DNA from: Candidatus Ratteibacteria bacterium
Lineage (GTDB): Bacteria; CAIJMQ01
Direction: 5' to 3'
Assembly (NCBI GenBank): GCA_028715665.1
Contig: JAQURI010000002.1
Span: forward strand, 1-60,556
Length of the DNA: 60,556 nucleotides
Shown piece by piece: positions 45,312 to 52,374 of this stretch (positions within the stretch are counted from its first letter, which is position 1; every line of letters starts with the position of its first letter). The notes under the pieces were generated by a model. It worked only from the letters and a program-made list of their open reading frames with translations, was not told the origin of the DNA and searched no databases. Both the position numbers and the translations under genes were made by a program.

Positions 45312-45697
45312 TTTTGCTCTGAAAATTCTATGCAGTATATTTCCCTGATTGTTGCCCTTATACGCTCTCCCCAGTTTATAAATCCTTGAAAGCTACACCA
45401 TCTATCTAATAGCTGGTCATTGCTCATTCCATTGATTTGCGAGTCTTTTGATGTATCTGTTGGGTCAAGGCCGAAACTTTCTCTAATATCTGATAGAGTG
45501 GAGTCGTGAAGTCGTTCAGTATTTGGCACGGGTCTCTCTGCTGGACAGGTTATATATGCTGTCAGGGCTGCATTTTTCATTGTGTTGAGAATATGGTCTG
45601 GAATGTCTGTATTGTGTTTTTGTATCCAGATGTACGCTTCAATTACCTGTTTCTGGTTCTCATTCAAGTTGTCTTTTGGTTTATCTAATAAGCTCAT
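45308..45697 (-). CDS. hypothetical protein
   Basis: 129-aa ORF in chain. Confidence 0.55.
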   Translation of the reverse strand: MSLLDKPKDNLNENQKQVIEAYIWIQKHNTDIPDHILNTMKNAALTAYITCPAERPVPNTERLHDSTLSDIRESFGLDPTDTSKDSQINGMSNDQLLDRWCSFQGFINWGERIRATIREIYCIEFSEQK

Positions 45698-45893
45698 TCG
45701 CTTCCTCCTTAACCGGTGTATATATCCATGTTAATCTTGTGTCTCCTTGCTTTTTTTCTACCATTCCCTTTTCTCTCAGGCGTTCGACCTGCTGGGTTAC
45801 TCCCCAATTTACGCCGAGTTCGTCTTTAATCCCGTTTCCCGTAATCCCTTCCGGATGGTTTTTGATTATTTTCCATATGTCGTCCTGTGCCAT
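45681..45893 (-). CDS. small winged-helix DNA-binding protein
   Basis: 70 aa; IIKNHPEGITGNGIKDELGVNWGVTQQVERLREKGMVEKK. Confidence 0.6.
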   Translation of the reverse strand: MAQDDIWKIIKNHPEGITGNGIKDELGVNWGVTQQVERLREKGMVEKKQGDTRLTWIYTPVKEEANELIR

Positions 45894-46016
45894 TCTTTTT
45901 TTCCTGATACTTCTTTTTCCTATTTGTTCCTGTGAAGCACCCGACGTGTTCCAATGGCGGCTTTAATGGGCTAAACCCCTATTCGCTCGGCTCGGAGCAC
46001 CCTAAAAAATAAAATA

Positions 46017-46370
46017 TTATCCTGAAACCATTTTCATAACAATCTCATGGTCACATGCCTTCGGTTCAGTTTCAGGTTTTTCTTCTGGTATAAAATCGTG
46101 AGTGGACTCTTCTTGTTTAAGTTCCGGGATTTCTCCCGGCTGTTTCGGCGTATTCATTCCAGCCCAGTCCCTTACCATGTCCCTAATGCTTTGCCAGTCA
46201 TCATATGAACCGACAATCATCCGGCCAAACTCCGGGTCGGGTTGTACCTCATCGGGCGTCCGTTCAGTTACCAATACTGGTTTTGGTTCTTCAATGACTT
46301 TATTTATTTGTAGTCTTCCTATGATGATTCCACTGAATTTCAGGTCTTTTATCGTGTCAATGAGTAACAT
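46017..46370 (-). CDS. hypothetical protein
   Basis: ATG at 46370 sits just after the upstream stop; the track TTG start is at 46385. Confidence 0.5.
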   Translation of the reverse strand: MLLIDTIKDLKFSGIIIGRLQINKVIEEPKPVLVTERTPDEVQPDPEFGRMIVGSYDDWQSIRDMVRDWAGMNTPKQPGEIPELKQEESTHDFIPEEKPETEPKACDHEIVMKMVSG

Positions 46371-46371
46371 C

Positions 46372-46542
46372 TTAGTGGCTCCCAATGTTTAGAATTCCTT
46401 CGTCAGCGAGTTCTTTCATTATCTTATTGTACAGTTCAATAAGTTCGTATACATCTTTTATTGGTAGTTTGGCGTTTGGGTCGAGTTCTGCGTCTTGTAT
46501 TGTCCACATGTGGTCGCCTACAAAATGTTTTTTTATTCTCAT
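46372..46542 (-). CDS. small hypothetical protein (56 aa)
   Basis: hand-translated MRIKKHFVGDHMWTIQDAELDPNAKLPIKDVYELIELYNKIMKEL...; preceded by CAGGACTGATTGAAAT (3' half of the type-2 motif). Confidence 0.4.
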   Translation of the reverse strand: MRIKKHFVGDHMWTIQDAELDPNAKLPIKDVYELIELYNKIMKELADEGILNIGSH

Positions 46543-46549
46543 ATTTCAA

Positions 46550-46810
46550 TCAGTCCTGTTTGGCATTACTGCCCTGTGTTCTGGCCTTATATATCTTATA
46601 TACATACCATATCAGCCGTTTAGTTTCGATTAATATCCAGAATAAAAAAATTCCAGCTATTATAAAGCTAATAAATGAAGATGCAAGTGCAGTCTTGTCA
46701 TTTGCCACTTCAGGCGTTAATGTTAGCGCATTCATAACCCCTGAGACCACACCAAAAACAGCCAGAAGATAAATGAAAAGTCTATACTTATCATAACGTT
46801 CTATTTCCAT
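46550..46810 (-). CDS. small membrane protein
   Basis: 86 aa, two TM helices; the ATG directly follows a type-2 motif. Confidence 0.5.
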   Translation of the reverse strand: MEIERYDKYRLFIYLLAVFGVVSGVMNALTLTPEVANDKTALASSFISFIIAGIFLFWILIETKRLIWYVYKIYKARTQGSNAKQD

Positions 46811-46849
46811 ATTTCAATCGCTCCTGATGCGTTATAGCACCCAAAAAAA
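46811..46849 (-). promoter_or_regulatory. type-2 cassette-boundary motif
   Basis: minus-sense TTTTTTTGGGTGCTATAACGCATCAGGAGCGATTGAAAT + ATG(46810). Confidence 0.65.
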
Positions 46850-46852
46850 TAG

Positions 46853-47323
46853 TTAAAGCAGATTAAAAACGTCTTCCTGCTTTGCCCGTCTATTCAAATA
46901 CTCCCAATCTATTTTATTAGTGTATGCCCGCTGGAGCATCTTTGCCTGCTCACAATCGTATGTGGATTTCCAGAATCTACAAGCACATAAACGGTCTACT
47001 ATCAGGTCTTCTATAGAGATTATCTTGATTTTTTTTCCTTTATACATCAAAATCTTACATCTCTCCCCGTGTAGTGCATCCTTTGGGATTTCGATATAGT
47101 GTGGATATTTATAGAAATGCCTGCCCGTTTCTTTAAATCCCCATTGCCTTAACATCGGCACCAATACACTTCTGTCTGCAATCAAATCAAGGTCTTGGCT
47201 TCTTGATGCCCCTCTTGTGTACAATTCAACCGCAGAGCCACCAACAAGGATTGGTTTTGTTTCGTCCGGGAAATACGAACTAATCTCGGCAAGAAGGTCA
47301 AACTTTCGTCTTAATCGTCCCAT
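46853..47323 (-). CDS. minimal nucleotidyltransferase-fold protein (DUF6036/AbiEii-like)
   Basis: 156 aa; ILVGGSAVELYT..SQDLDLIAD and ISIEDLIVDRL motifs typical of small archaeal NTase toxin-like proteins. Confidence 0.6.
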   Translation of the reverse strand: MGRLRRKFDLLAEISSYFPDETKPILVGGSAVELYTRGASRSQDLDLIADRSVLVPMLRQWGFKETGRHFYKYPHYIEIPKDALHGERCKILMYKGKKIKIISIEDLIVDRLCACRFWKSTYDCEQAKMLQRAYTNKIDWEYLNRRAKQEDVFNLL

Positions 47324-47484
47324 GGTAGTATTTCTACTATTTCATTTCCTTTAAATATTACTCCTTCTGAAACAGCAGCCTCCGCTAATATACAGAATAC
47401 CTCTAACTTCTGCGGGTCTCGTGGTCTTGTCCTTACCAGCCCGTCTGTTTTGTCTATCATGATATTTGTCTTATTTAATTTCAT
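47311..47484 (-). CDS. small protein upstream of and overlapping the NTase gene (possible cognate partner)
   Basis: 57 aa from the ATG at 47484; 13-nt overlap with the NTase ORF. Confidence 0.45.
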   Translation of the reverse strand: MKLNKTNIMIDKTDGLVRTRPRDPQKLEVFCILAEAAVSEGVIFKGNEIVEILPWDD

Positions 47485-47536
47485 AATATTTATACCCTTT
47501 CCGATGCTTGTTTTTTGCACCCGGAAAAAATTGCAT

Positions 47537-47556
47537 CTCCCTGTACGTACAGGGAG
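47537..47556. terminator. perfect 20-bp palindrome ctccctgtacgtacagggag
   Basis: lies 1 nt 3' of the stop of 47558-48250; followed (minus sense) by a T-run and a GGGTGC box; its centre is TGTACGTACA. Confidence 0.5.
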
Positions 47557-47557
47557 A

Positions 47558-48250
47558 TTAGAGGTTGATATATGCCATTCTTTGTTTTGTGAAGCTCAGG
47601 TCTTTTGTGAGTTCTGCTTTTACTGCTGCAATATCGTCTGTTAATATCTTTTCCCTGATTGTTTTAAGCTGTAAATCAACTTCGGGGTCGTTCAGGACGT
47701 TCACGGATTTCAGCCGTTCTATGAGATTGAGCATTGCATTCTTGCTTTTATCTGGCAATTGTCCTGCTTTCTCTCCTATTTTCTCAATGAGTTCGTACAT
47801 GATTTTGTACCGGATTGCTGAAATTACCTGTCCGTATAACTCCCCGCGCTGGACATCGTGAATGTTCAGTTCGAGAAAAATTACCTCAGCATGAAGGTTT
47901 TTCGCCAGTTTCTGGAAATCCGTTTCTGCACTTGCTGTGATTTCACGGATTTCTTTTTTCTGCGATTCATTACATAAATGTAATGGGTTCTTGAATTCCG
48001 GCGGGAAGTCCACGGTCTTGTCTCTTATCTGACCCATGTGCTTTTCCCTGATTGCGCTTATCTTATTCCTTACGTTTTTCGGATAAGTGAAATCGATTTC
48101 TCGTTTCATATCAGAAAGTTCTTGTGAACTGTCTATTCGGTTCGGTGATGCGTATTGTGTCTGCACCACGAACACACGTACTGCCGACTGTTCAGCCGGT
48201 TTTTCCTGTGTATCCGTTCTTGCCTGTGTTTCTGCCTGTGTTTCTGCCAT
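47558..48250 (-). CDS. hypothetical protein
   Basis: 230-aa ORF; the ATG directly follows a type-2 motif; AETQAETQA N-terminal repeat. Confidence 0.6.
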   Translation of the reverse strand: MAETQAETQARTDTQEKPAEQSAVRVFVVQTQYASPNRIDSSQELSDMKREIDFTYPKNVRNKISAIREKHMGQIRDKTVDFPPEFKNPLHLCNESQKKEIREITASAETDFQKLAKNLHAEVIFLELNIHDVQRGELYGQVISAIRYKIMYELIEKIGEKAGQLPDKSKNAMLNLIERLKSVNVLNDPEVDLQLKTIREKILTDDIAAVKAELTKDLSFTKQRMAYINL

Positions 48251-48292
48251 ATTTCAATCTCTCCTGATGCGTTATAGCGCCCGGAAAAAAAA
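48251..48292 (-). promoter_or_regulatory. type-2 cassette-boundary motif
   Basis: minus-sense TTTTTTTTCCGGGCGCTATAACGCATCAGGAGAGATTGAAAT + ATG(48250). Confidence 0.65.
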
Positions 48293-48299
48293 GTTAAGT

Positions 48300-48473
48300 C
48301 TATTTATTAACCTTAAACTCTATCTTAACTTCTTCCCCCATATTATATTTCTTTCTGATTGCGGTTCTTGCAGCGTTGAAATATAATTCCATTTTCTCTG
48401 GGTTTTTTTCATCAACATATTCGCTCGGAAAATCTTCGTCGATTTTTCCTGTGACTCTTAAAGTTAATTCCAT
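48300..48473 (-). CDS. small hypothetical protein (57 aa)
   Basis: hand-translated MELTLRVTGKIDEDFPSEYVDEKNPEKMELYFNAARTAIRKKYNMGEEVKIEFKVNK; the ATG follows a type-2 motif. Confidence 0.45.
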   Translation of the reverse strand: MELTLRVTGKIDEDFPSEYVDEKNPEKMELYFNAARTAIRKKYNMGEEVKIEFKVNK

Positions 48474-48516
48474 AGTTCAGTTGCTCCTGATGCTTTAGTA
48501 TAGCACCCGAAAAAAT
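48474..48516 (-). promoter_or_regulatory. type-2 cassette-boundary motif (variant)
   Basis: minus-sense TTTTTTCGGGTGCTATACTAAAGCATCAGGAGCAACTGAACT + ATG(48473). Confidence 0.6.
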
Positions 48517-48566
48517 AAAGAAAAGAAGTCTGATATGTCAAATTTCCGACTTGTCTTTTTTTAATA

Positions 48567-48860
48567 TTATGGTTCTGTGACTACGTATACGTACTCGCAG
48601 GGACACCGATATATGTTGTGTTTATTAATATCTCCGTCCATATTTATTTCCGCAGCCACTGTTTCTTTCACCAGCATTTCTCCACATACTGGACATAGTT
48701 TATCTATACGCAGTTTTCGCCAACTAAATCTCGTTTTTGGTCTGTAACATTGGTCATCGTATCTCATCTGTAATGATTTGAGACTCTTGAACTCTTCTAT
48801 TTTCTTCGACTGTTCTTTTTCTCTGGCTATACATTTCTCTTTAAACAATTCTAAATTCAT
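48567..48860 (-). CDS. zinc-ribbon protein
   Basis: 97 aa from the ATG at 48860; CPVCGEM...YRCPCEY; the track start at 48893 translates the motif. Confidence 0.5.
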   Translation of the reverse strand: MNLELFKEKCIAREKEQSKKIEEFKSLKSLQMRYDDQCYRPKTRFSWRKLRIDKLCPVCGEMLVKETVAAEINMDGDINKHNIYRCPCEYVYVVTEP

Positions 48861-48892
48861 TTCAATCGCTCCTGTGTGTTTTATAGCACCCA
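48861..48892 (-). promoter_or_regulatory. type-2 cassette-boundary motif
   Basis: minus-sense GGGTGCTATAAAACACACAGGAGCGATTGAA + ATG(48860). Confidence 0.65.
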
Positions 48893-49006
48893 ATAAGGTT
48901 TCATCCTCATCACGCGTTCACATGAGGCTTACATCTTACTACATTGTCTGGGTTCTTCTATTAACCGTCGTTAACAGCTTACACCCGTGCCGTAGCACCC
49001 TATAAT

Positions 49007-49041
49007 GCTTCACAATTAAGGAATAAGGGGAATTGTGAAGC
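49007..49041. repeat. inverted repeat gcttcacaatt / aattgtgaagc (13-nt loop)
   Basis: same 11-bp stem and flanking GGGTGC boxes as 41808-41872. Confidence 0.65.
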
Positions 49042-49045
49042 ACCC

Positions 49046-49073
49046 GAAAGGGGATGGATTCTTATCCCCTTTC
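49046..49073. repeat. 10-bp perfect hairpin gaaaggggat / atcccctttc
   Basis: 8-nt loop; directly abuts the 49007-49041 hairpin. Confidence 0.6.
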
Positions 49074-49277
49074 ACCTCTTACCTATCCTGTGTCTTTCCT
49101 ATCTTTTTTCCTATCCGGTGCGAGTTCCATTGCACCCGTGATGCTTCTCTTTTTTTGAAGGTGACTTGTTGTCGATAGAGCAGCATCTATTAGTGTCACG
49201 GGTGGAGAAACCGTGGCTGACTTTTTTACGCGCGTGAGAATCATATTAATCCATGACACGCGCACCCGAAAAAAATG

Positions 49278-49487
49278 TTATATGCCGTATATTTCGGCTG
49301 ACCATAACGCTATTCTTCTTTGTGCTTCTTTTTCAGAGTCTGTTAAATCATCTCCGTGCCTGTTTGATGATAGTAGTTTTCCCTGAGTGAGCACCTGAAT
49401 TGTTTTATCTGCTGGTATGAATGATATCTGAGCTACAGATATTATTCCTTTGAGTTCATCATATATTTGTTTAGTTATTGTTTTCAT
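49278..49487 (-). CDS. hypothetical protein
   Basis: 69-aa ORF; the ATG directly follows a type-2 motif. Confidence 0.5.
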   Translation of the reverse strand: MKTITKQIYDELKGIISVAQISFIPADKTIQVLTQGKLLSSNRHGDDLTDSEKEAQRRIALWSAEIYGI

Positions 49488-49516
49488 TTCAATCGCTCCT
49501 GTGCGTTATAGCACCC
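49488..49516 (-). promoter_or_regulatory. type-2 cassette-boundary motif
   Basis: minus-sense GGGTGCTATAACGCACAGGAGCGATTGAA + ATG(49487). Confidence 0.65.
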
Positions 49517-49534
49517 GCCCCGCTGACCCTTGTA

Positions 49535-49557
49535 CAATATATCGTAATATGTTGTAC
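49535..49557 (+). promoter_or_regulatory. type-1-like promoter motif (plus orientation) facing the ORF-poor GC-rich region
   Basis: CAATATATCGTAATATGTTGTAC shares TATCGTAAT..ATGTT with the type-1 consensus; embedded in the inverted repeat tgtacaa/ttgtaca. Confidence 0.4.
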
Positions 49558-50203
49558 ATGCGAGGCTTGGGTTCCGTTTAACCAGCACTTTGCGTGCTTA
49601 ACGGAAATGGAATTCCAGTAAAGGGAGAGGGAAAGTCCAACACCATACGAGAGGAGACTCTCCGGGTGCTTTTTGTCAGAATAATCCGACGCACTCGTAT
49701 TTCGGCACAGGGTCGCAGCCTGTGCCCTCTATTCCTTTTGCGGTTTTCGTCTTTGTCTGTCACTAACCCTACTGCGTTAGCAGTCCTTATTACTAAGCTA
49801 CTGTGTTTTTCATCACAGTAACCCCGGAATTCCGTACTTTCGAGCGTCATTTGCGTGCTGCCGTCGGGATTAACCTACCTCAGCACAACATCAGCAAAGG
49901 GGGGCTGTCTTGCCGCTTTGTGTCTGCCTTTGTGCGGTGTGTTAAACCGCCCCCTGGCAAACCCCTTATCAATTTCAGTCTCGCAAACATCACACCCGAA
50001 GGGATTTTTGGTCGGGTGCTCATAACTTGGGAGTTGCCCCCTTTCAGGGGCATCTTCCTGTACGTACATATTAGTTGATTGGTTGATATATACCTTACGG
50101 TTGGTAGTATATATCGTGGGACAAGTTGGGTTTATATAGTCCTTTGGTTGGGACGAGTCGTGAGACTGTTGGTTTATATACTTTAATTATTAAATAATGT
50201 TTT

Positions 50204-50470
50204 ATGACAACAGTTAGACATAACCTGAAGGCTGACGATGAAGCTCTTGCTTTGATTAATAAAGTTCGTGCTGCCCTTAGACAGCGTGGTGTAGGCAATC
50301 CAGATACGTCTGATGTTATTAGGGAGTTATATTCAGAAAGGAATCTCAGTCAAAAACTGTGCAGCCGGTTAATTAATTTTGCCGGTGAATATGGTGATAA
50401 CGAGGGGGCTGTCGATGTCCTTGACAGGCTCCTGCATGAACTGGCTGACCTGCGAGCTAAAACTCACTAG
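50204..50470 (+). CDS. hypothetical protein (possible ribbon-helix-helix)
   Basis: 88-aa ORF; N-terminal TVRHNLKADDEALALINKVRAAL resembles a strand-helix RHH start; convergent with the RNA ligase gene. Confidence 0.45.
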   Translation: MTTVRHNLKADDEALALINKVRAALRQRGVGNPDTSDVIRELYSERNLSQKLCSRLINFAGEYGDNEGAVDVLDRLLHELADLRAKTH

Positions 50471-51542
50471 ACTTGAATAGTTCAAAGTCCGGTTTAAGTG
50501 CCTGCCAGATTAATTGTGTTGCTTTTTTGCCATCTCCGTCAATGAGTGCAAATACCGCCCCGCTGATAGGCTTGGCGTGGTTCAGGATGTATTCTGCCTG
50601 CTCCCTCCGGGTCGTGAGACTGCTGGCCTCCTGTGCAACTCCCTGTGCCTTTGTCATAAGTGCATCTTTTGCTGTCGTCAGGTCTTTCTCGCATGACCGT
50701 ATCGAATCGTACATTTCATCCGGAGCAATAGCAATGATGAGGTCAAGTGATTGCCCCGCCTTTAGTGATTCCCAGATATCCCTTGCTGATAAGCCAGTCA
50801 GGATTTTATGAATTCTCCGGTAATCGTCTGATTTGATTTTGACTCGCAGGCCAGTATCGTATTTCATTACCAACCCTTCCCGCTCGTCTCCTTTGAAATC
50901 TTTCAACCAATTGATGGCATCATCGATTTCTGTGAACGGAAATTCCTCTGCATACGAAAAACCGAGTTGTTGGGCTTCCCTTATATAATCCAATTCGTCT
51001 TTTCCGTTGTTATTTAGAACTGCCAGTAGAATAAGTTCCGACCGTTCCCCGTAATCAATAACGATTTTACTTCCCGGATACACTATTTCAAAACAATATG
51101 TGTATCCTTCCCAGAAGTCGTCCATCGAGAATCCTTTTTTCCGAATCCAGTCTGTCGCCCACACTGCATATTCAGATTTGAAAGCTCCTCTCGTAGAGAT
51201 TGCCGATAGCTTTTTCTCCGGATACAGAATTCCCAAAACCCCGTCATATTTTTCTGAGAAGGTCGGGTATCCCAACCTTTTGCGGTTCGGAAGATTTTCT
51301 ATTTTCGTTTCCGGGACTTCATTGAGATTAAAGAATTTCTTAAATGGACGAGCCACTATTTCTCCATCTGAATCCAGTATCAGACCCCGACACATCTTTG
51401 TATACTCGTCCCAGAGAGAATCGTACTGCGTCCGTTTCGTATAATTGTATATCGTCAGGTCGAGGTCTGGATGTCTGGTAGCTTTTATTCGGCCTGATGC
51501 TATACGGGCATTGAGTTCGTTTATATTTATTGTGTTTTTCAT
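50457..51542 (-). CDS. ATP-dependent RNA ligase, T4 Rnl1-like
   Basis: 361 aa; MCRGLILD..GEIVARPFKKFFNLNE, nucleotidyl-transfer lysine motif EKYDG, FEIVYP, EGLVMKY..KIKSDDY all parallel T4 Rnl1. Confidence 0.85.
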   Translation of the reverse strand: MKNTININELNARIASGRIKATRHPDLDLTIYNYTKRTQYDSLWDEYTKMCRGLILDSDGEIVARPFKKFFNLNEVPETKIENLPNRKRLGYPTFSEKYDGVLGILYPEKKLSAISTRGAFKSEYAVWATDWIRKKGFSMDDFWEGYTYCFEIVYPGSKIVIDYGERSELILLAVLNNNGKDELDYIREAQQLGFSYAEEFPFTEIDDAINWLKDFKGDEREGLVMKYDTGLRVKIKSDDYRRIHKILTGLSARDIWESLKAGQSLDLIIAIAPDEMYDSIRSCEKDLTTAKDALMTKAQGVAQEASSLTTRREQAEYILNHAKPISGAVFALIDGDGKKATQLIWQALKPDFELFKSSEF

Positions 51543-51726
51543 ATTTTATTTTTCAAGTGTTTTTTAACTGCCTCAAAAATCATTTTGTGTCCTTCTCTAT
51601 TCGGATGAAGACCGTCTGCCAATAAATATTCATGGTCTTGTTCCTTTTCGAACTGCTTGAAGATATCGATGTAATGAATGTTTAATCTACTGTCACCCCA
51701 TACTTTTTCTTTACAACGTGATTTAA
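51539..51726 (-). pseudogene. SGNH/GDSL hydrolase, C-terminal fragment (displaced by cassette insertion)
   Basis: frame reads (L)KSRCKEKVWGDSRLN...LLADGLHPNREGHKMIFEAVKKHLKNKI*, i.e. block V DxxH; no start codon; its stop overlaps the RNA ligase ATG. Confidence 0.8.
51719..51726. repeat. target-site duplication tgatttaa (left)
   Basis: identical 8-mer at 52375-52382, immediately outside both terminal repeats. Confidence 0.8.
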
Positions 51727-51746
51727 GGTTCTGTTAAGTTGTCGGG
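51727..51746. repeat. left terminal inverted repeat ggttctgttaagttgtcggg
   Basis: the reverse complement of 52355-52374 differs at one position. Confidence 0.85.
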
Positions 51747-51759
51747 TGCTGGATGGGGC

Positions 51760-51777
51760 TGTTAACCATCGGGAGTT
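51760..51777. repeat. left subterminal inverted repeat tgttaaccatcgggagtt
   Basis: 16/18 match to the reverse complement of 52324-52341. Confidence 0.65.
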
Positions 51778-51817
51778 TTTATTACTAATTAATTAAAATA
51801 AGATATTGAGGTATAAA

Positions 51818-52339
51818 ATGAATAACATGGTATTACATCCAGATATTATATTAAAAAGAAGTTCAGTAGCGGGATTCGGTCTATTTGCTTCAAAAGATAT
51901 TCCAATCGGAACAGTAATATGGAAATACGGAAACGTCAGGGTATATACAAAAGAGCAATACGATAAATTCAGTGAGCGATATAAAGCAATTCTAAGGCAT
52001 TTCTGCTATGAGGGTAGTAACGAGACATTAGTTTATTGTACCGACAATAGTAAATATTTTAATCATTCCTGCGACCCAAATACAATGTCCATAGATACTG
52101 AAAAAGACATCACAATCAAAGATGTTTTCGCAGGAGAAGAACTCACTTACGATTATGGGTATTGGTATCTCAAATGGAATGATGCTTTTATGTGCCACTG
52201 TGGCTCAGATGATTGCAGGCGATACATCAAAAGAGAACCACAGGAATCACCAACTATAAGAAATTTAGAAACAATGGTAAAGAAGGCATGGGAAAACTCA
52301 ACGAACGTAATCCAACCCCTATTAACTCCCGACAGTTAA
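51818..52339 (+). CDS. SET-domain protein lysine methyltransferase
   Basis: GFGLFA, YFNHSCDPN, GEELTYDYGY and post-SET CHCGSDDCRRYI motifs; ATG at 51818 preceded by GAGGT (the track TTG start is 51806). Confidence 0.9.
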   Translation: MNNMVLHPDIILKRSSVAGFGLFASKDIPIGTVIWKYGNVRVYTKEQYDKFSERYKAILRHFCYEGSNETLVYCTDNSKYFNHSCDPNTMSIDTEKDITIKDVFAGEELTYDYGYWYLKWNDAFMCHCGSDDCRRYIKREPQESPTIRNLETMVKKAWENSTNVIQPLLTPDS

Positions 52340-52341
52340 CA
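52324..52341. repeat. right subterminal inverted repeat
   Basis: aactcccgacagttaaca; encodes the last residues and stop of the SET ORF. Confidence 0.65.
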
Positions 52342-52354
52342 AGGGTTCTTAACT

Positions 52355-52374
52355 CCCTACAACTTAACAGAACC
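52355..52374. repeat. right terminal inverted repeat ccctacaacttaacagaacc
   Basis: supplies the artificial ..GSVKL* end of the truncated hydrolase ORF. Confidence 0.85.

Larger units (their letters stand above)
51727..52374. mobile_element. 648-bp non-autonomous cassette (MIC/MITE-like) carrying a SET-domain gene
   Basis: 20-bp TIRs (19/20), subterminal inverted pair, 8-bp TSD, a single passenger ORF, no transposase; interrupts an SGNH hydrolase ORF in a restorable frame. Confidence 0.8.

Noticed and set aside
41094-49516. Type-2 repeats as integron-like attC sites bounding gene cassettes.
   Set aside because: The repeats lack the imperfect internal dyad and the GTTRRRY core of attC. They include the ribosome-binding region and abut the ATG, which is promoter or leader behaviour. 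No integron-type integrase is present in the window. Kept only as a generic cassette-shuffling possibility.
49628-49645. GGGAAAGTCCAAC resembles the universally conserved CR-I (GGAAAGUCC) of RNase P RNA, and ACAGTAACCCCGGAAT at about 49815 faintly resembles CR-V.
   Set aside because: The two segments cannot form the P4 helix (no complementarity between AAGTCCAAC and the CR-V-like segment). No other RNase P conserved regions were found.
49083-50298. Track ORFs in the GC-rich segment: 49083-49265, 49578-49850, 49594-49821, 49803-50078, 49875-50069 and 50095-50298.
   Set aside because: They overlap one another in several frames and on both strands, are Arg/Gly/Cys/Pro-rich, and lack the type-1 or type-2 start contexts used by neighbouring genes. 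This is the pattern expected from GC-rich non-coding DNA. The 53-aa version of 49083-49241 remains a weak possibility.
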